NCBI GenBank assembly: GCA_963729715.1
Contig: CAVSPA010000004.1
Location: 512,001 to 576,000, forward strand
Direction: 5' to 3'
DNA from: an uncultured delta proteobacterium
Lineage (GTDB): Bacteria > Desulfobacterota > Syntrophia > Syntrophales > UBA2185
DNA length: 64,000 bases
Shown here: piece after piece, positions 27,583-39,321 of the stretch
Position numbering within the stretch: the stretch's first letter is position 1
Layout of the letters: each line of letters opens with the position of its first letter
Notes under the pieces: model-generated
The model's input: only the letters and a program-made list of their open reading frames with translations
Databases searched by the model: none
What the model was told of the DNA's origin: nothing
Program-made: the position numbers and the translations under genes

Positions 27583-27753
27583 TATGAATGTAATTCACGC
27601 TTTGGACGCGCTTAGAGGGTGACTCCATAGAAGCCATGAAAGCCCGGACTGTGGCTCGTTTTTCTTCGCCTCGCACGCATGTCCTATAAGCGTTAATATA
27701 CTGCTGATAAAAATAGATGGAACAGGGAGAAGCCAAAGATCATTGGAGGTATC

Positions 27754-30345
27754 ATGAGATTTGACAAATTTACATTAAAGGTTCAAGAGGCCCTGCAGGA
27801 GGCTGAGATCCTTGCGAAGAAATACGGAAACCAGAGTGTCGATGTCGAGCATCTTCTTGCCGCATTTCTTCTGCAGCCCGAAGGCATTGTCGGGGAAATA
27901 CTGAAGAAACTGGGAACAGATTCAAGAGTAATTGAAGCTGAAATCAAGAAATCTCTTGATAAATTACCGAGAGTTGAAGGTTCCGGTATCGGCCAGTCGT
28001 ATCTGACGTCGAGATTAAATAAAGTATTGGATGATGCCCTCATCGAAGCGGCGCGCTTGAAGGATGAGTATGTGAGTGCCGAGCACATCCTGATTGTAAT
28101 GGCGGAAGAAAAGGACGGAGTTGCCGGGAAGATTCTTAACGGCAAAGGCGTCACGAAGGACAATATCTTCAAGGTACTTCTCGAAATCAGAGGCAACCAG
28201 AGGATTACAGATCCGAATCCGGAAGAGAAATATCAAGCCCTGAAGCGTTATGCCCGGGACTTCAATGAACTTGCCAAGAAGGGTTCTTTCGACCCCGTCA
28301 TTGGGAGAGACGATGAAATCAGAAGAATCATGCAGGTGCTCTCCAGAAGAACCAAGAACAATCCTGTTCTTATAGGTGAACCGGGCGTGGGCAAGACCGC
28401 TATTGTGGAGGGTCTTGCGCAGCGAATTGTAAACGGTGACGTACCGGACAGCCTGAAGGACAAGCGTGTTGTCGGTTTAGATATAGGCGCCTTGATTGCC
28501 GGCGCCAAATATCGCGGAGAATTTGAAGAAAGACTCAAGGCGGTGCTTAAGGAAATAACAAGCGCGCAGGGGGAAATCATCCTCTTCATAGATGAGATCC
28601 ACACGATGGTCGGTGCTGGGGCCGCTGAGGGTGCGGTCGATGCTTCCAATATGATGAAACCTGCCCTTGCCAGGGGTGAATTACGGTGCATAGGTGCGAC
28701 GACATTGAATGAGTATCGCAAACATATCGAAAAAGATCCTGCCCTGGAACGGAGATTCCAGCCCATCATTGTGAGGGAGCCTTCAGTTGAGGATACCATT
28801 GCGATCCTCCGGGGATTAAAGGAACGATATGAAGTGCACCATGGAGTGAGGATCAAGGATTCTGCAATCATCGCCGCGGCGACACTTTCCGCCCGTTACA
28901 TCAGTGACAGGTTCTTGCCGGACAAGGCGGTCGATCTGATCGACGAGGCTGCATCCCGCCTCCGTATCGAACTCGACAGCATGCCCTCTGAAATCGATGC
29001 CATAGAGAGAAAGGTGACACAGTTGGAGATCGAGCGCCAATCCCTAAAGAACGAGTCGGATAAAACGACGCAGGACAGACGCAACAAAATTGATAAAGAA
29101 CTGAAGAAGCTCAGGGAATCAATGGAAAAAATGAAGACGCACTGGGCTCGAGAAAAAGAAATCATCAAAAATATTCAGCTTATCAAGAGCAAGATCGAAG
29201 AGTACAAGACAGAGGAGCTAAACGCACAGAGGGAGGGAAACTTAGCCAGGGCGGCCGAAATACGCTACGGAAAGCTTGTCGAACTAAACACGGAATTGGA
29301 ACGGGAGCACGCCAATCTTTCCGAGGTCCAGAAAGATAATAAGATGCTAAAAGAAGAGGTAGATGCGGAAGACGTCGCGGAGGTCGTGGCAAACTGGACA
29401 GGCATTCCCGTCTCACGCATGATGGAAAGTGATGTTCAGAAACTTATCCATATGGAAGACAGGCTCAAGAAAAGGGTCATAGGCCAGGATGAGGGTATAG
29501 CCGCCGTCTCGAGTGCCTTGAGGAGAGCCCGTTCAGGCCTACATGATCCGAATAGGCCTATCGGCTCTTTTATTTTTCTCGGGCCTACTGGCGTAGGTAA
29601 AACAGAGCTGGCGCGAGCACTCGCGGAATTCATGTTTGACAACGAGCAGGCCATGATCAGAATTGACATGTCCGAGTACATGGAAAAGCACTCCGTCGCC
29701 CGACTGATCGGCGCACCCCCGGGATACGTGGGATACGACGAAGGCGGCTACCTCACTGAGGCGATACGAAGAAGACCATACACAGTTGTGCTTTTCGATG
29801 AAATTGAAAAGGCGCACGTAGATGTATTCAACATATTCTTGCAGATCCTGGACGACGGCAGATTGACCGATGGCCATGGCAGGACCGTTGACTTTAAGAA
29901 CACCATTGTTATTATGACATCTAACATTGGCAGCCAATGGACTCAGGATATGACCATGAATGATGAAGAAAGGCGAGTGAGGACGATGGAGGCCTTAAGG
30001 TCTACGTTCAGGCCGGAATTCTTGAATCGCATAGATGATATTATTACTTTCAGATCATTGGCCATAGACGATATCGATAGGATAATTGACATCCAGATCG
30101 ATCTGATTCAGAAAAGGCTGAAAGACCGCAAATTGACCATTGAATTGACAGAAAATTCAAAGAAATATATAGCTAAGACCGGATACAGCCCGCTTTACGG
30201 TGCGCGGCCCCTGAAGCGGGCTCTCCAGAAACTGCTTCTGGACACTCTTGCCATGGGAATTCTCGAGGGAAAGTTTGCCGAAGGAGAACATATCATCGTT
30301 GATGCTAAAGAAAACGGCGAGATGATTTTTAAGAGGAAAAAGTAG
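27754..30345 (+). CDS. clpB: Chaperone ClpB
   Basis: Two AAA+ domains ([16 protein letters not shown]), long M-domain coiled coil and GARPLKR. Confidence 0.97.
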   Translation: MRFDKFTLKVQEALQEAEILAKKYGNQSVDVEHLLAAFLLQPEGIVGEILKKLGTDSRVIEAEIKKSLDKLPRVEGSGIGQSYLTSRLNKVLDDALIEAARLKDEYVSAEHILIVMAEEKDGVAGKILNGKGVTKDNIFKVLLEIRGNQRITDPNPEEKYQALKRYARDFNELAKKGSFDPVIGRDDEIRRIMQVLSRRTKNNPVLIGEPGVGKTAIVEGLAQRIVNGDVPDSLKDKRVVGLDIGALIAGAKYRGEFEERLKAVLKEITSAQGEIILFIDEIHTMVGAGAAEGAVDASNMMKPALARGELRCIGATTLNEYRKHIEKDPALERRFQPIIVREPSVEDTIAILRGLKERYEVHHGVRIKDSAIIAAATLSARYISDRFLPDKAVDLIDEAASRLRIELDSMPSEIDAIERKVTQLEIERQSLKNESDKTTQDRRNKIDKELKKLRESMEKMKTHWAREKEIIKNIQLIKSKIEEYKTEELNAQREGNLARAAEIRYGKLVELNTELEREHANLSEVQKDNKMLKEEVDAEDVAEVVANWTGIPVSRMMESDVQKLIHMEDRLKKRVIGQDEGIAAVSSALRRARSGLHDPNRPIGSFIFLGPTGVGKTELARALAEFMFDNEQAMIRIDMSEYMEKHSVARLIGAPPGYVGYDEGGYLTEAIRRRPYTVVLFDEIEKAHVDVFNIFLQILDDGRLTDGHGRTVDFKNTIVIMTSNIGSQWTQDMTMNDEERRVRTMEALRSTFRPEFLNRIDDIITFRSLAIDDIDRIIDIQIDLIQKRLKDRKLTIELTENSKKYIAKTGYSPLYGARPLKRALQKLLLDTLAMGILEGKFAEGEHIIVDAKENGEMIFKRKK

Positions 30346-30364
30346 GTAGCAAGGAGGTTTATCG

Positions 30365-31213
30365 ATGAATGCCATTAAAACGGGCTTGTTGCTCGGTGTC
30401 TTGACGGGTCTGTTAATGCTGATAGGGGGATATTTCGGTGGCAAGCAGGGCGTTGTCATCGCCTTTATCTTTGCTACGGTGATGAATTTCGGAGCGTACT
30501 GGTTTTCCGATAAACTCATATTGCGCATGTATAACGCGCAGGAAGTGGTAGAAAGCCAGGCGCCTCAACTCTATGCCGTGGTGAAGAACTTGGCCTTGAA
30601 GGCCGGCCTTCCCATGCCAAAGGTCTATATTGTCCCCGGTGAAACGCCCAATGCCTTCGCCACCGGACGTAATGAAGACCATGCAGTAGTCGCCGTAACA
30701 GAAGGAATCTTAAGAATTCTGAACAGAGAAGAACTGGAGGGTGTTCTTGCTCACGAATTGACGCACATTAAGAACAAGGACATGCTTATCGGTTCCATTG
30801 CAGCAACCCTTGCCGGAGCCATCGTCATGCTGGCAAATATGGCTCAGTGGGCGGCTATCTTCGGTGGATCTAACCGCGACGACAGCGAGGAAGGTGGCGG
30901 CGTCATCGGTCTCATCATAATGGCGATTCTTGCACCCATTGCGGCAACTATTATACGGATGGCAATTTCCAGATCGAGGGAATACCTGGCTGACGAAGGC
31001 GGGGCCCGTGTATCAGGCAAACCATACGGCCTGGCAGGCGCCCTGGAAAAACTGTCGAAGGCATCACGGGCGATGCCGATGGATGCAAACCCTTCAACCG
31101 CTCATATGTTTATCGTCAACCCGCTGACGGGAAAATCTCTTATGAACCTCTTCAGTACACATCCTCCCATCGAAGAACGCGTTGCACGGTTAAGGAGCAT
31201 GAAGCCCATGTGA
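30365..31213 (+). CDS. htpX: Zinc metalloprotease HtpX
   Basis: [21 protein letters not shown] and STHPP motifs. Confidence 0.96.
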   Translation: MNAIKTGLLLGVLTGLLMLIGGYFGGKQGVVIAFIFATVMNFGAYWFSDKLILRMYNAQEVVESQAPQLYAVVKNLALKAGLPMPKVYIVPGETPNAFATGRNEDHAVVAVTEGILRILNREELEGVLAHELTHIKNKDMLIGSIAATLAGAIVMLANMAQWAAIFGGSNRDDSEEGGGVIGLIIMAILAPIAATIIRMAISRSREYLADEGGARVSGKPYGLAGALEKLSKASRAMPMDANPSTAHMFIVNPLTGKSLMNLFSTHPPIEERVARLRSMKPM

Positions 31214-31347
31214 GCATAAGATGGCAAATGCTCGTTCTGAAGCGGCTTAATTAAGTGTCGTTAATTTCATATGTAGCCTTACTCTCGACACTCAGTCCAG
31301 GGCTTAATGAAGAACACGGATGCTTGTTGGCATAGAAGGAGACTATT

Positions 31348-31770
31348 ATGGACGATGGAAAAAAAGAGAAGGGATTTGTGATCAAGGATAAACGAATTTT
31401 TGATGAATCCGGTGAAGCTCGCGCGGAAGATGTGAAGAAAGAGGAAACGGCAGGCGATAAGAAATCAGAGGAGAAATCTGTCAAAGACAATGGTCACACA
31501 GGTACACGAGAAGAATATATCCCAGAAGTCACCTTTTCCAATTTTGTTCTTTCACTGAGTACAACCGTCATGTATCATCTCGGCGATTTTCCCGACCCAG
31601 CAACAAATAAATCGGAAAAAAATCTCGCTGCCGCTAAACAAACAATTGACATGCTCAACATGATAAAAATTAAGACGGCAGGAAATCTCGATAACGATGA
31701 AAAAGGGCTCCTCGAGGGAATCCTCTATGAGCTGATGATGAGATACGTCAAAGAGAAGGAAGCAGGATGA
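31348..31770 (+). CDS. DUF1844-domain protein
   Basis: VTFSNFVLSL..HLG..AKQTIDML..KT.GNL..E motif. Confidence 0.85.
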   Translation: MDDGKKEKGFVIKDKRIFDESGEARAEDVKKEETAGDKKSEEKSVKDNGHTGTREEYIPEVTFSNFVLSLSTTVMYHLGDFPDPATNKSEKNLAAAKQTIDMLNMIKIKTAGNLDNDEKGLLEGILYELMMRYVKEKEAG

Positions 31771-32609
31771 TCAGCAAATTGTCGCCTGCAAAAGTTAACC
31801 TCCTCCTCCGCGTCCTGGGCAAGCGGGCAGATGGCTTTCATGACATTTCAACGTTGATGCAAAGGATAAGTCTTTATGATGAAATGATATTCTCGCCGGC
31901 TGTCAGCGGTATTACCTTGAGCTGCCCCGGCAGTGCCATTCCGGAAAACGGCAGTAACATCGTGTACAGAGCGGCAGATGCCCTCCTCTCGCGTTTCTCT
32001 CATCCTCCAGGCATACATATCACCATTAAGAAAAAAATCCCTGTGGCAGCAGGACTGGGCGGGGGTAGTTCAAATGCAGCGACGGCACTCATGACCATAA
32101 ACGATTTAATGGATTTTCATTATACCATCGATGATCTGATGAAAATCGGGGCAAAACTCGGCGCAGATGTCCCTTTTTTTATCTTTGGAAAGACGGCTTG
32201 GGCATCCGGTATCGGTGATCAGCTTCAAGCTGCCGAAAATATTCCTCCATTATGGCTTGTCCTGATTAACCCCGGGTTTGAAATCTCCACAAAAATGGTT
32301 TATGAACACCTTAATTTAAGATTGACAAAACGCGTGGTAAATTATAAATGTCCAGTGCTTCATACTGCTGATGACATAGTAAAAGGACTTCACAACGATC
32401 TTGAGACGGTCACTCTGGTCCTGCATCCCATTCTGCGGTATTTTAAGAACATTTTAGTGCAAAATGGCGCTCTTGGCGCGCTAATGTCCGGCAGCGGCCC
32501 GACGGTTATGGGGATTTTCGCAGATGAACAAGGCGCGATTACAGCAGAGAAGGCTTTGGAGAACGGAGGAGGGAGTGAATGGTCAGTATTCGCGGTTCAT
32601 TCCATATGA
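31767..32609 (+). CDS. ispE: 4-diphosphocytidyl-2C-methyl-D-erythritol kinase
   Basis: PAKVNL, IPVAAGLGGGSSNAA, GADVPFF and MSGSG motifs. Confidence 0.96.
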   Translation: MISKLSPAKVNLLLRVLGKRADGFHDISTLMQRISLYDEMIFSPAVSGITLSCPGSAIPENGSNIVYRAADALLSRFSHPPGIHITIKKKIPVAAGLGGGSSNAATALMTINDLMDFHYTIDDLMKIGAKLGADVPFFIFGKTAWASGIGDQLQAAENIPPLWLVLINPGFEISTKMVYEHLNLRLTKRVVNYKCPVLHTADDIVKGLHNDLETVTLVLHPILRYFKNILVQNGALGALMSGSGPTVMGIFADEQGAITAEKALENGGGSEWSVFAVHSI

Positions 32610-32673
32610 CGCGCGTTTCGTCATTCCCGCCGTTGTGAGCCTCGTATTCCTCTGCTGCTACGTCAGTTAATAA

Positions 32674-32748
32674 TGGGGCGTCGTCAAGCGGTAAGACACA
32701 AGATTTTGGTTCTTGCATACGGAGGTTCGAATCCTCCCGCCCCAGCCA
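32674..32748 (+). tRNA. tRNA-Gln(TTG)
   Basis: TGGGGCG/CGCCCCA acceptor, CAAGA-TTTTGGT-TCTTG anticodon arm, GTTCGAAT and CCA; conserved ispE-tRNA-prs position. Confidence 0.97.
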
Positions 32749-32779
32749 CATATAATAACTTTTTTTTGAAGGGATTTAC

Positions 32780-33721
32780 ATGCTTGATAGAATGAGAATT
32801 TTCTCCGGGAATGCGAATTTGCCTCTCGCCCAGAAGGTTTGTGAAAACCTGGGAGTATCGCTGGGCAAGGCCAGCGTAACAACATTCAGTGACGGTGAGA
32901 CAAGGGTGGAAATAAATGAAAACGTGCGTGGTATGGACACTTTTATTATTCAATCGACCTGTCCACCCGTCAATAGCACCTGCATGGAACTCCTCATCAT
33001 GATAGATGCAATGAAGAGGGCTTCTGCAGACCGCATAACTGCTGTAATACCATACTATGGTTATGCGAGACAGGATAGAAAGGTGGCACCGCGGGCGCCG
33101 ATTTCAGCAAAGCTTGTGGCAGACCTTATCACGGCAGCAGGCGCCTCTCGTGTTCTTTCGATAGACCTCCATGCCGGCCAGATCCAAGGTTTTTTTAATA
33201 TCCCCGTTGACAATCTCTTCGCCACCCCCGTACTCTTGGATTACATCAGAAGAAACTATCAGGGCAATATCGTCATCGTATCTCCCGATACGGGCGGCGT
33301 GGAGCGGGCGAGGGCGTTCGGCAAGCGGTTGGACGTCAATATTGCCATCGTGGACAAGAGGCGGGAAGGTCCCAACGAGTCGGCGGTCATGAATATCATC
33401 GGCGACGTGAAAGGTGCACGGGTCATTGTGCTTGATGATATGATCGATACAGCGGGCACGATAACGCAGGCAGCCCGAGCACTCGAAGGTGCGGGGGCCG
33501 TGGAGGTTTCCGTATGCTGTACCCATCCCGTCCTTTCCGGACCTGCAATAGAAAGGATCGAGAGTTCAACCCTTAAGGAGATTATCGTCACTGACACCAT
33601 TCCCCTGCACGACAGGGCTAAGGCTTGCAATCGCATCAAAGTGCTCTCTGTCGCAGGACTAATAAGTGAAGCAGTCAGACGCATCTATTATAACGATTCA
33701 GTACATTCGCTTTTCATATAG
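32780..33721 (+). CDS. prs: Ribose-phosphate pyrophosphokinase
   Basis: FSDGE, PYYGYARQDR, DLHAGQIQGFF and DDMIDTAGT motifs. Confidence 0.97.
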   Translation: MLDRMRIFSGNANLPLAQKVCENLGVSLGKASVTTFSDGETRVEINENVRGMDTFIIQSTCPPVNSTCMELLIMIDAMKRASADRITAVIPYYGYARQDRKVAPRAPISAKLVADLITAAGASRVLSIDLHAGQIQGFFNIPVDNLFATPVLLDYIRRNYQGNIVIVSPDTGGVERARAFGKRLDVNIAIVDKRREGPNESAVMNIIGDVKGARVIVLDDMIDTAGTITQAARALEGAGAVEVSVCCTHPVLSGPAIERIESSTLKEIIVTDTIPLHDRAKACNRIKVLSVAGLISEAVRRIYYNDSVHSLFI

Positions 33722-33730
33722 GAGGAGTAG

Positions 33731-34372
33731 ATGGAAATAAGTGAATTAAGAGCTAGTCGAAGGAAGACTTCCGGAAAAGGGGTTTCCCGACGACTTAGAA
33801 AAGACGGTATGACACCGGCAGTATTTTACGGCCCCAAGACTGAACCTGTCCTGCTCGCGGTGAATTCTACTGATTTGAAGAAGATATTAAAAGGCAAGGA
33901 GGAAAACATTTTCATAAACCTGCAGATAGGCGACGGCGGAGATATGGAAAAGTTCACCCTCATTAAGGAACTGCAGATAGATCCTGTCAGCCGGAAATTC
34001 CTTCACGTTGACTTTTGCGAAATTGATATGGAACGCGCTATTACCCTCGACGTACCCATTCATTTCAAGGGACAGGCGATAGGCATCGACAACGGGGGAG
34101 ATCTGCATCATATAAGAAGAGAAATAAAAGTATCCTGCCTCTTCACTGTTCTGCCCGAATTTGTAGAGGCCGATATAAGTGGTCTTGACATCGGCGATTC
34201 GATAAAGGTGCAAGATATAAAATTGCCCGCTGGCGTAAATGTCCTTGATCCGCAAGATACGATAATAGCATCGGTCACGGCACCGAAAGCTGTCGTGAAA
34301 GCTGAGACGGTAGAAGAAGAACAAGAAGAAATAGTAGTAGAAACGCCGGAAGAAGAAGAAAAAGGCAAGTAG
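33731..34372 (+). CDS. rplY: 50S ribosomal protein L25/Ctc
   Basis: GKGVSRRLR..PAVFYG and HVDF; Ctc-type C-terminal domain. Confidence 0.95.
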   Translation: MEISELRASRRKTSGKGVSRRLRKDGMTPAVFYGPKTEPVLLAVNSTDLKKILKGKEENIFINLQIGDGGDMEKFTLIKELQIDPVSRKFLHVDFCEIDMERAITLDVPIHFKGQAIGIDNGGDLHHIRREIKVSCLFTVLPEFVEADISGLDIGDSIKVQDIKLPAGVNVLDPQDTIIASVTAPKAVVKAETVEEEQEEIVVETPEEEEKGK

Positions 34373-34514
34373 GCACTGAAGCTTTCCGCTTGCAATGCGG
34401 GACGTCCTCGGCAAAGACAATATTCTCAGCTTCGACCTCTGCCTACAGAGCCGCGTTTGCGGGTTGTACTCCTGGTCAAGTGTAAGACTTCTATCCCCAC
34501 TTAGAGGTGACTGT

Positions 34515-35120
34515 TTGAAGCTTATAATAGGGCTGGGAAATCCGGGTCTCAAGTACCAGATCACCAGGCACAACTGTGGATTCTTGGCCGTTGATGAAAT
34601 AGCTGCCGGCCACAACATTCCCGTGCAATTGAAAGGTTTTGACGCCTGTTATGGAAAAGGCAAGATTGATGACATTCCGATCCTGCTCGTCAAGCCCATG
34701 ACCTTCATGAATATCAGCGGCTCTGCAGTAAAGAAGATCGTAGATTACTTCAAAATTGACATACACGACATCATCGTCATTCATGACGACATAGATCTCT
34801 CCTTCGGCACAATCCGCTTGAAGGCAGGTGGCGGTCACGCCGGCCATAAAGGACTAATCTCCATAATAGACAACCTCGTCAATCCGGAATTCATCAGGGT
34901 AAGAATCGGCATCGGAAGACCTTTTGATAAATTAACGGTTGAGAGATATGTCCTAGAACAGTTTGCCGAGGATGATATGAAACTGCTGCACGAAGTCATG
35001 AAAACCGTAAGCAATGCAGTGACAATGATTGCCACATCCGGAATTCAGGCGGCCATGAATCTTTACAATGAGAAACCTGCCAGTCAATTGGGGAATGAGA
35101 ACGATGCGGTGTTATCTTGA
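34515..35120 (+). CDS. pth: Peptidyl-tRNA hydrolase
   Basis: LIIGLGNPG.KY..TRHNCGF, KP.TFMN.SG and HDDID; start set at TTG 34515 after a GAGGTG RBS. Confidence 0.95.
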   Translation: MKLIIGLGNPGLKYQITRHNCGFLAVDEIAAGHNIPVQLKGFDACYGKGKIDDIPILLVKPMTFMNISGSAVKKIVDYFKIDIHDIIVIHDDIDLSFGTIRLKAGGGHAGHKGLISIIDNLVNPEFIRVRIGIGRPFDKLTVERYVLEQFAEDDMKLLHEVMKTVSNAVTMIATSGIQAAMNLYNEKPASQLGNENDAVLS

Positions 35121-35195
35121 TCCATCCCCATACAAATAACAACGATTGAAGAATCAAAGTCATAGAAGAACAGTGGCCTGATAAAGGAGGAAACT

Positions 35196-36290
35196 GTGGG
35201 CTTCAAGTGCGGTATTATCGGGCTTCCGAATGTCGGGAAATCCACAATATTCAACGCCCTGACGGCCGCAGGAGCCGAAGTGGCCAATTATCCTTTCTGC
35301 ACCATCGACCCTAATATAGGGATTGTGCAAGTCCCGGATCAGAGGCTGCAAAGAATTGCTGAAATTGTCAGACCTCCCAAAGTCACTCCAGCCGCCATGG
35401 AATTCCTTGACATCGCGGGGCTCGTCAAAGGCGCAAGCAAAGGAGAAGGTCTCGGTAACAAGTTCTTGGGCCATATCAGGGAAGTCGATGCTATTGTGCA
35501 CATTGTCCGATGCTTCGATCATCCCTCTGTCGTCCACATCTATGGCCCCGTCGATCCTGAACGTGACATAGAGATAATAAATACAGAATTGATTATAGCC
35601 GATCTGGAGACCGTCGAAAAAAGAATTGCAAAGATCGATAGGCTTGCAAAAACAGGAGACAAGGCCGCTCGTAAAGAGTTAGATACGTGTCTCCGTATCA
35701 AGGACGTTCTCGTAACGGGAACCGCTGCACGTGAGATACCCTTCCAGGAAGATGAGCAGATGATCGTGCGAGATCTTCACCTGCTCACAGCAAAGAAAGT
35801 CCTGTATGTTGCTAATGTCAGTGAGGCTGCTCTCAAGGGTGCTACCGACTGTATCCTGAAGGTGGAATCGATTGCACGAAAGGAAGACTCAAATGCAATC
35901 GTCATCTGCGGGGATTTGGAAGCGGACATAGCAGAACTTCCTAAGGACGAGCAACAGGTATTTCTCAATGCTCTTGGCATAGAGGAGTTGGGCCTTAATA
36001 AGCTCATTCGTGCAGGGTACTCTCTCTTGGGATTGATAACGTTTTACACAACGGTCGGTCCGGAGCTCCGGGCTTGGACCGTGCCCCGCGGTTCCAAAGC
36101 GCCAGAAGCCGCGGGAAAGATACACAGTGATATGGAGGCGGGGTTCATAAAAGCGGATATAATACATCACGACGATTTTCTCAGAATGGGGAGCCTGTCT
36201 AGAGCGAAGGAAGCAGGACTAATCAGAATTGAAGGAAGAGATTATATAATAGCCGATGGCGATATTGCTTACTTCAGATTTCATGTTTGA
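35196..36290 (+). CDS. ychF: Redox-regulated ATPase YchF
   Basis: [30 protein letters not shown] and C-terminal TGS domain. Confidence 0.97.
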   Translation: MGFKCGIIGLPNVGKSTIFNALTAAGAEVANYPFCTIDPNIGIVQVPDQRLQRIAEIVRPPKVTPAAMEFLDIAGLVKGASKGEGLGNKFLGHIREVDAIVHIVRCFDHPSVVHIYGPVDPERDIEIINTELIIADLETVEKRIAKIDRLAKTGDKAARKELDTCLRIKDVLVTGTAAREIPFQEDEQMIVRDLHLLTAKKVLYVANVSEAALKGATDCILKVESIARKEDSNAIVICGDLEADIAELPKDEQQVFLNALGIEELGLNKLIRAGYSLLGLITFYTTVGPELRAWTVPRGSKAPEAAGKIHSDMEAGFIKADIIHHDDFLRMGSLSRAKEAGLIRIEGRDYIIADGDIAYFRFHV

Positions 36291-36853
36291 AAGCAATCGC
36301 CCATTCGAGGAAAGGCTCTTTATAGGGAAGAGACGGCTGAAAAGACGGATATAGGCGAATCATCCATTATGACATGAATGTTTGACCCTTCATCACCCAT
36401 CTGTACGGCGGATCGGTGGATGGCAAAGGAGGGAAGGAAACCATCCACCGACTCAAAGTAAGAGAATTTCACAACGCAATGAGAACTAATCTTCGTGGTA
36501 AAAAAAATCAGGAAGGAAAAATGTTTTGCTTTGATCTCTATCGTCTTCCCTTTTTACAGCCTCCCTCGGATCAACTCCATTTGGCAATTCCTCTTTAGCC
36601 CTGGCGTCCTCAGTGATGAAAAACTCATACTCAGTACCGAATTCACCAAGCTCTGATCCCGAGCCTGAGACGTTATCTTTCTAATTTGTATCTTTCTCTT
36701 TGCGTTTTTCCTCCTTTTTCATTGAATATATATCTATTTATAATAAATTTTCGTGAGACCTCTGAGATCTACCTTTCATGTTTGCTCTATCGGCTATTAT
36801 TCCTAAAGGTTTCTTACGCTCTCGAGAGGTCTCTTCAAGTTGTATTTTACTTC

Positions 36854-36869
36854 TGCAAAATTGTTGCCA
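36854..36869 (-). promoter_or_regulatory. Putative sigma54 promoter with IHF-like site and direct repeats upstream
   Basis: Minus strand TGGCAACAATTTTGCA (GG-N10-GC, near consensus); AATCAATAATTTA at 36942-36954; TCTGAAACG repeated at 36981 and 37000. Confidence 0.7.
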
Positions 36870-37158
36870 CTTTAATACTACCGTCAATCGGTATCTGCGA
36901 ATTTAGAGCAGAGAAATCGCAATGAGAGTATAAGTTCCGTAAATCAATAATTTACAAACCATCGCGAAGGTTACTTTCCATCTGAAACGAAGCGATTATT
37001 CTGAAACGGGCAGATTTGACTTGATGCCTTGAGGGATTATTTGTGCGATGAGGGCACAATATATTTGCCCGTCGGTTAACTAATTCTGAAATATCGCATG
37101 CTTTGATAATTGTGCGTGGACCGCACATATTGTGCTATAATGGCGTAATATCTCTTTG

Positions 37159-39306
37159 TCAATTGATATGCTTATCAATTTTCTTTCGTTCCCTGATGAA
37201 TTTGTAACGGGAAATGCTTAAATGCTTGGCCGCGGCAGTCTTGTTGCCCCCGCTTATTTCGAGAGCATTTTCAAGGATTCTTTCTTTAATGTCACCCATA
37301 ATTTTCTGCGTCACCGAGGTGTAATCTATTTCACCGGACGAGAGAGTGGGAAGAAACTTTTCAATCTCAACTTTGAGATATTTATAATTGGGAACAACCT
37401 TTATTTCTGTGGGAAGATCCTCCGGCGAAAGAGCGCTACCGAATTTCTGCAGTATCATGACCCGTTCAATTATGTTTTTCAACTCCCTTACATTCCCTGG
37501 CCAAGTATAGGCCTTCAAAATAAGCTCTGCCTCTTTACTGAACCCTCTAACTTTCTTGCCGAACTTCCTATTGAATTCTTCTATATAGTGCCTTGCCAAG
37601 AGAAGTATATCATCCGGCCTCTCACGGAGTGGTGGGATAACAATAGGAACCACTCTTATTCTGTAAAAAAGATCTTCGCGAAACGAGCCTTCACTGACCA
37701 TCTTGACAAGATCCATATTCGTTGAAAAAATGAACCTCACATCGATGGGTATATTTTCCGTTCCGCCAAGCCGCCTCACATAGCCGTTTTCCAGCATCCG
37801 CAGAAATTTTACCTGTAGTTGGATGCTCATATTTCCAACTTCATCAAGCAGTAGCGTGCCTCCATTGGCATATTCGAGAAGACCTATTTTCCTCTTGCGT
37901 GCATCGGTAAAGGCCCCCGGCTCATATCCAAATAGCTCACTTTCCAACAGCGTCCCCGGAATAGCAGCGCAATTAACGTCAACAAAGGGCCGAGAAGACC
38001 TGTTGCTCTGCCTGTGAATGGCGCGGGCAATCAATTCCTTGCCGGTACCGCTTTCACCCTGAATTAATATGTTTGTATTATGTGACGCCACTTCCTCAAT
38101 CACATGGAAAATACCGATCATCTTCTTTGATTTGCCGAGAATATTATGAAACCCGAGCAGAATATCTTCCCTCTCCTTCAGCTTTTCAACTTCCGTCTTG
38201 AGGGACTCTGCTTCGAGCGAAAGCATGGAATGCATAATGACGTTGTCATATGAGGTAACCGCGTTCTTAACGAGTATATCCAGGATATTTATTTGATCCT
38301 GCGAGTAGCTGCCTGTCCGCTTTGCAAGATACAGCGCTCCTTTAAACTTGTCTTTAATATGAAGCGGAAACGCTATTTCCGACGCGAACCCATCGTAAAC
38401 GGGCAGGGTTGGTGACTTTTCATCAGATTCACGCCTGACGATAATATTATTAGTGTCCATTGCCTGATTAATGATGCTCCTGCCTATCATCCCATCATAA
38501 GCCCTCCTATCCTCGATGAAGACATTGCCGCCGTCAGTGACGAGACACCGATCCTTTTCGATGTCCAGGAAATATACGAGAACCCTGTCGGCGCTCGCAA
38601 TTCGGAGCGCACTCTTGTTGAGAATGTCGAGTATGCGATTATCGAGGACACGACTTAAATTTATCTCCGAGACGGCTTCCTGAAGAATCATCAACTGACG
38701 GATTTTCTCCGCATTCGTCTCAAAGAGCCTTGTGTTGTGGATAACAATGCTCATCTGACTGGCAAATGTCAAAAAGAGGCTGATTTCCTCGGTGAAAAAT
38801 TTTGTTTCCTCTTTGCACCATGCCGCTATTGTTCCAATGACATCATCGCCTATCCTGAGGGGTACACATACAATGGAACCTTTACTGAGAATCTTCGTCA
38901 GCAAACGGTCAGTTTCCGTGATTCTCGGATCCGTAGCCGCGTCCTCGATGGCAATGACCTGGCCTGATCTTGCCACCTTGGTCGACAGACAGTCATGTTC
39001 GTAGATATTCAGGGCTACGGAAAATGCTCTCTCCGTCTCTTCAGGGCTGTAATTCTTTACGACCTTCGTTTCCAGATACTGTTTTGTCTCATCAAGAAGC
39101 CTGATTATCCCCATGTCGAAACCCATGGTATCGACAACTTCATCCAAAATTCTGGCCAGTATTTCATCCACATTGGAGGGAGCTGTAAGAAAAGTACTTA
39201 TGCGAAAAATACTCTTCAGCAATTTATCCTTGTCAAGCAGAGGTGGATTGGATGCTTCGTTGCGGAAATCTTCATCATCATTTATTCTTGCCATTGTTAA
39301 AATCAT
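37159..39306 (-). CDS. Sigma54-dependent activator (GAF-GAF-AAA+-Fis HTH)
   Basis: GESGTGKE, ESELFG..GAFTDA, FREDLFYR, WPGNVREL and C-terminal HTH; two N-terminal GAF-like domains. Confidence 0.93.
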   Translation of the reverse strand: MILTMARINDDEDFRNEASNPPLLDKDKLLKSIFRISTFLTAPSNVDEILARILDEVVDTMGFDMGIIRLLDETKQYLETKVVKNYSPEETERAFSVALNIYEHDCLSTKVARSGQVIAIEDAATDPRITETDRLLTKILSKGSIVCVPLRIGDDVIGTIAAWCKEETKFFTEEISLFLTFASQMSIVIHNTRLFETNAEKIRQLMILQEAVSEINLSRVLDNRILDILNKSALRIASADRVLVYFLDIEKDRCLVTDGGNVFIEDRRAYDGMIGRSIINQAMDTNNIIVRRESDEKSPTLPVYDGFASEIAFPLHIKDKFKGALYLAKRTGSYSQDQINILDILVKNAVTSYDNVIMHSMLSLEAESLKTEVEKLKEREDILLGFHNILGKSKKMIGIFHVIEEVASHNTNILIQGESGTGKELIARAIHRQSNRSSRPFVDVNCAAIPGTLLESELFGYEPGAFTDARKRKIGLLEYANGGTLLLDEVGNMSIQLQVKFLRMLENGYVRRLGGTENIPIDVRFIFSTNMDLVKMVSEGSFREDLFYRIRVVPIVIPPLRERPDDILLLARHYIEEFNRKFGKKVRGFSKEAELILKAYTWPGNVRELKNIIERVMILQKFGSALSPEDLPTEIKVVPNYKYLKVEIEKFLPTLSSGEIDYTSVTQKIMGDIKERILENALEISGGNKTAAAKHLSISRYKFIRERKKIDKHIN

Positions 39307-39321
39307 TCCCTTTCAGAACAA

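Noticed and set aside
34395..34514. N-terminal extension of Pth
   Set aside because: Homology begins at TTG 34515, which has its own RBS.
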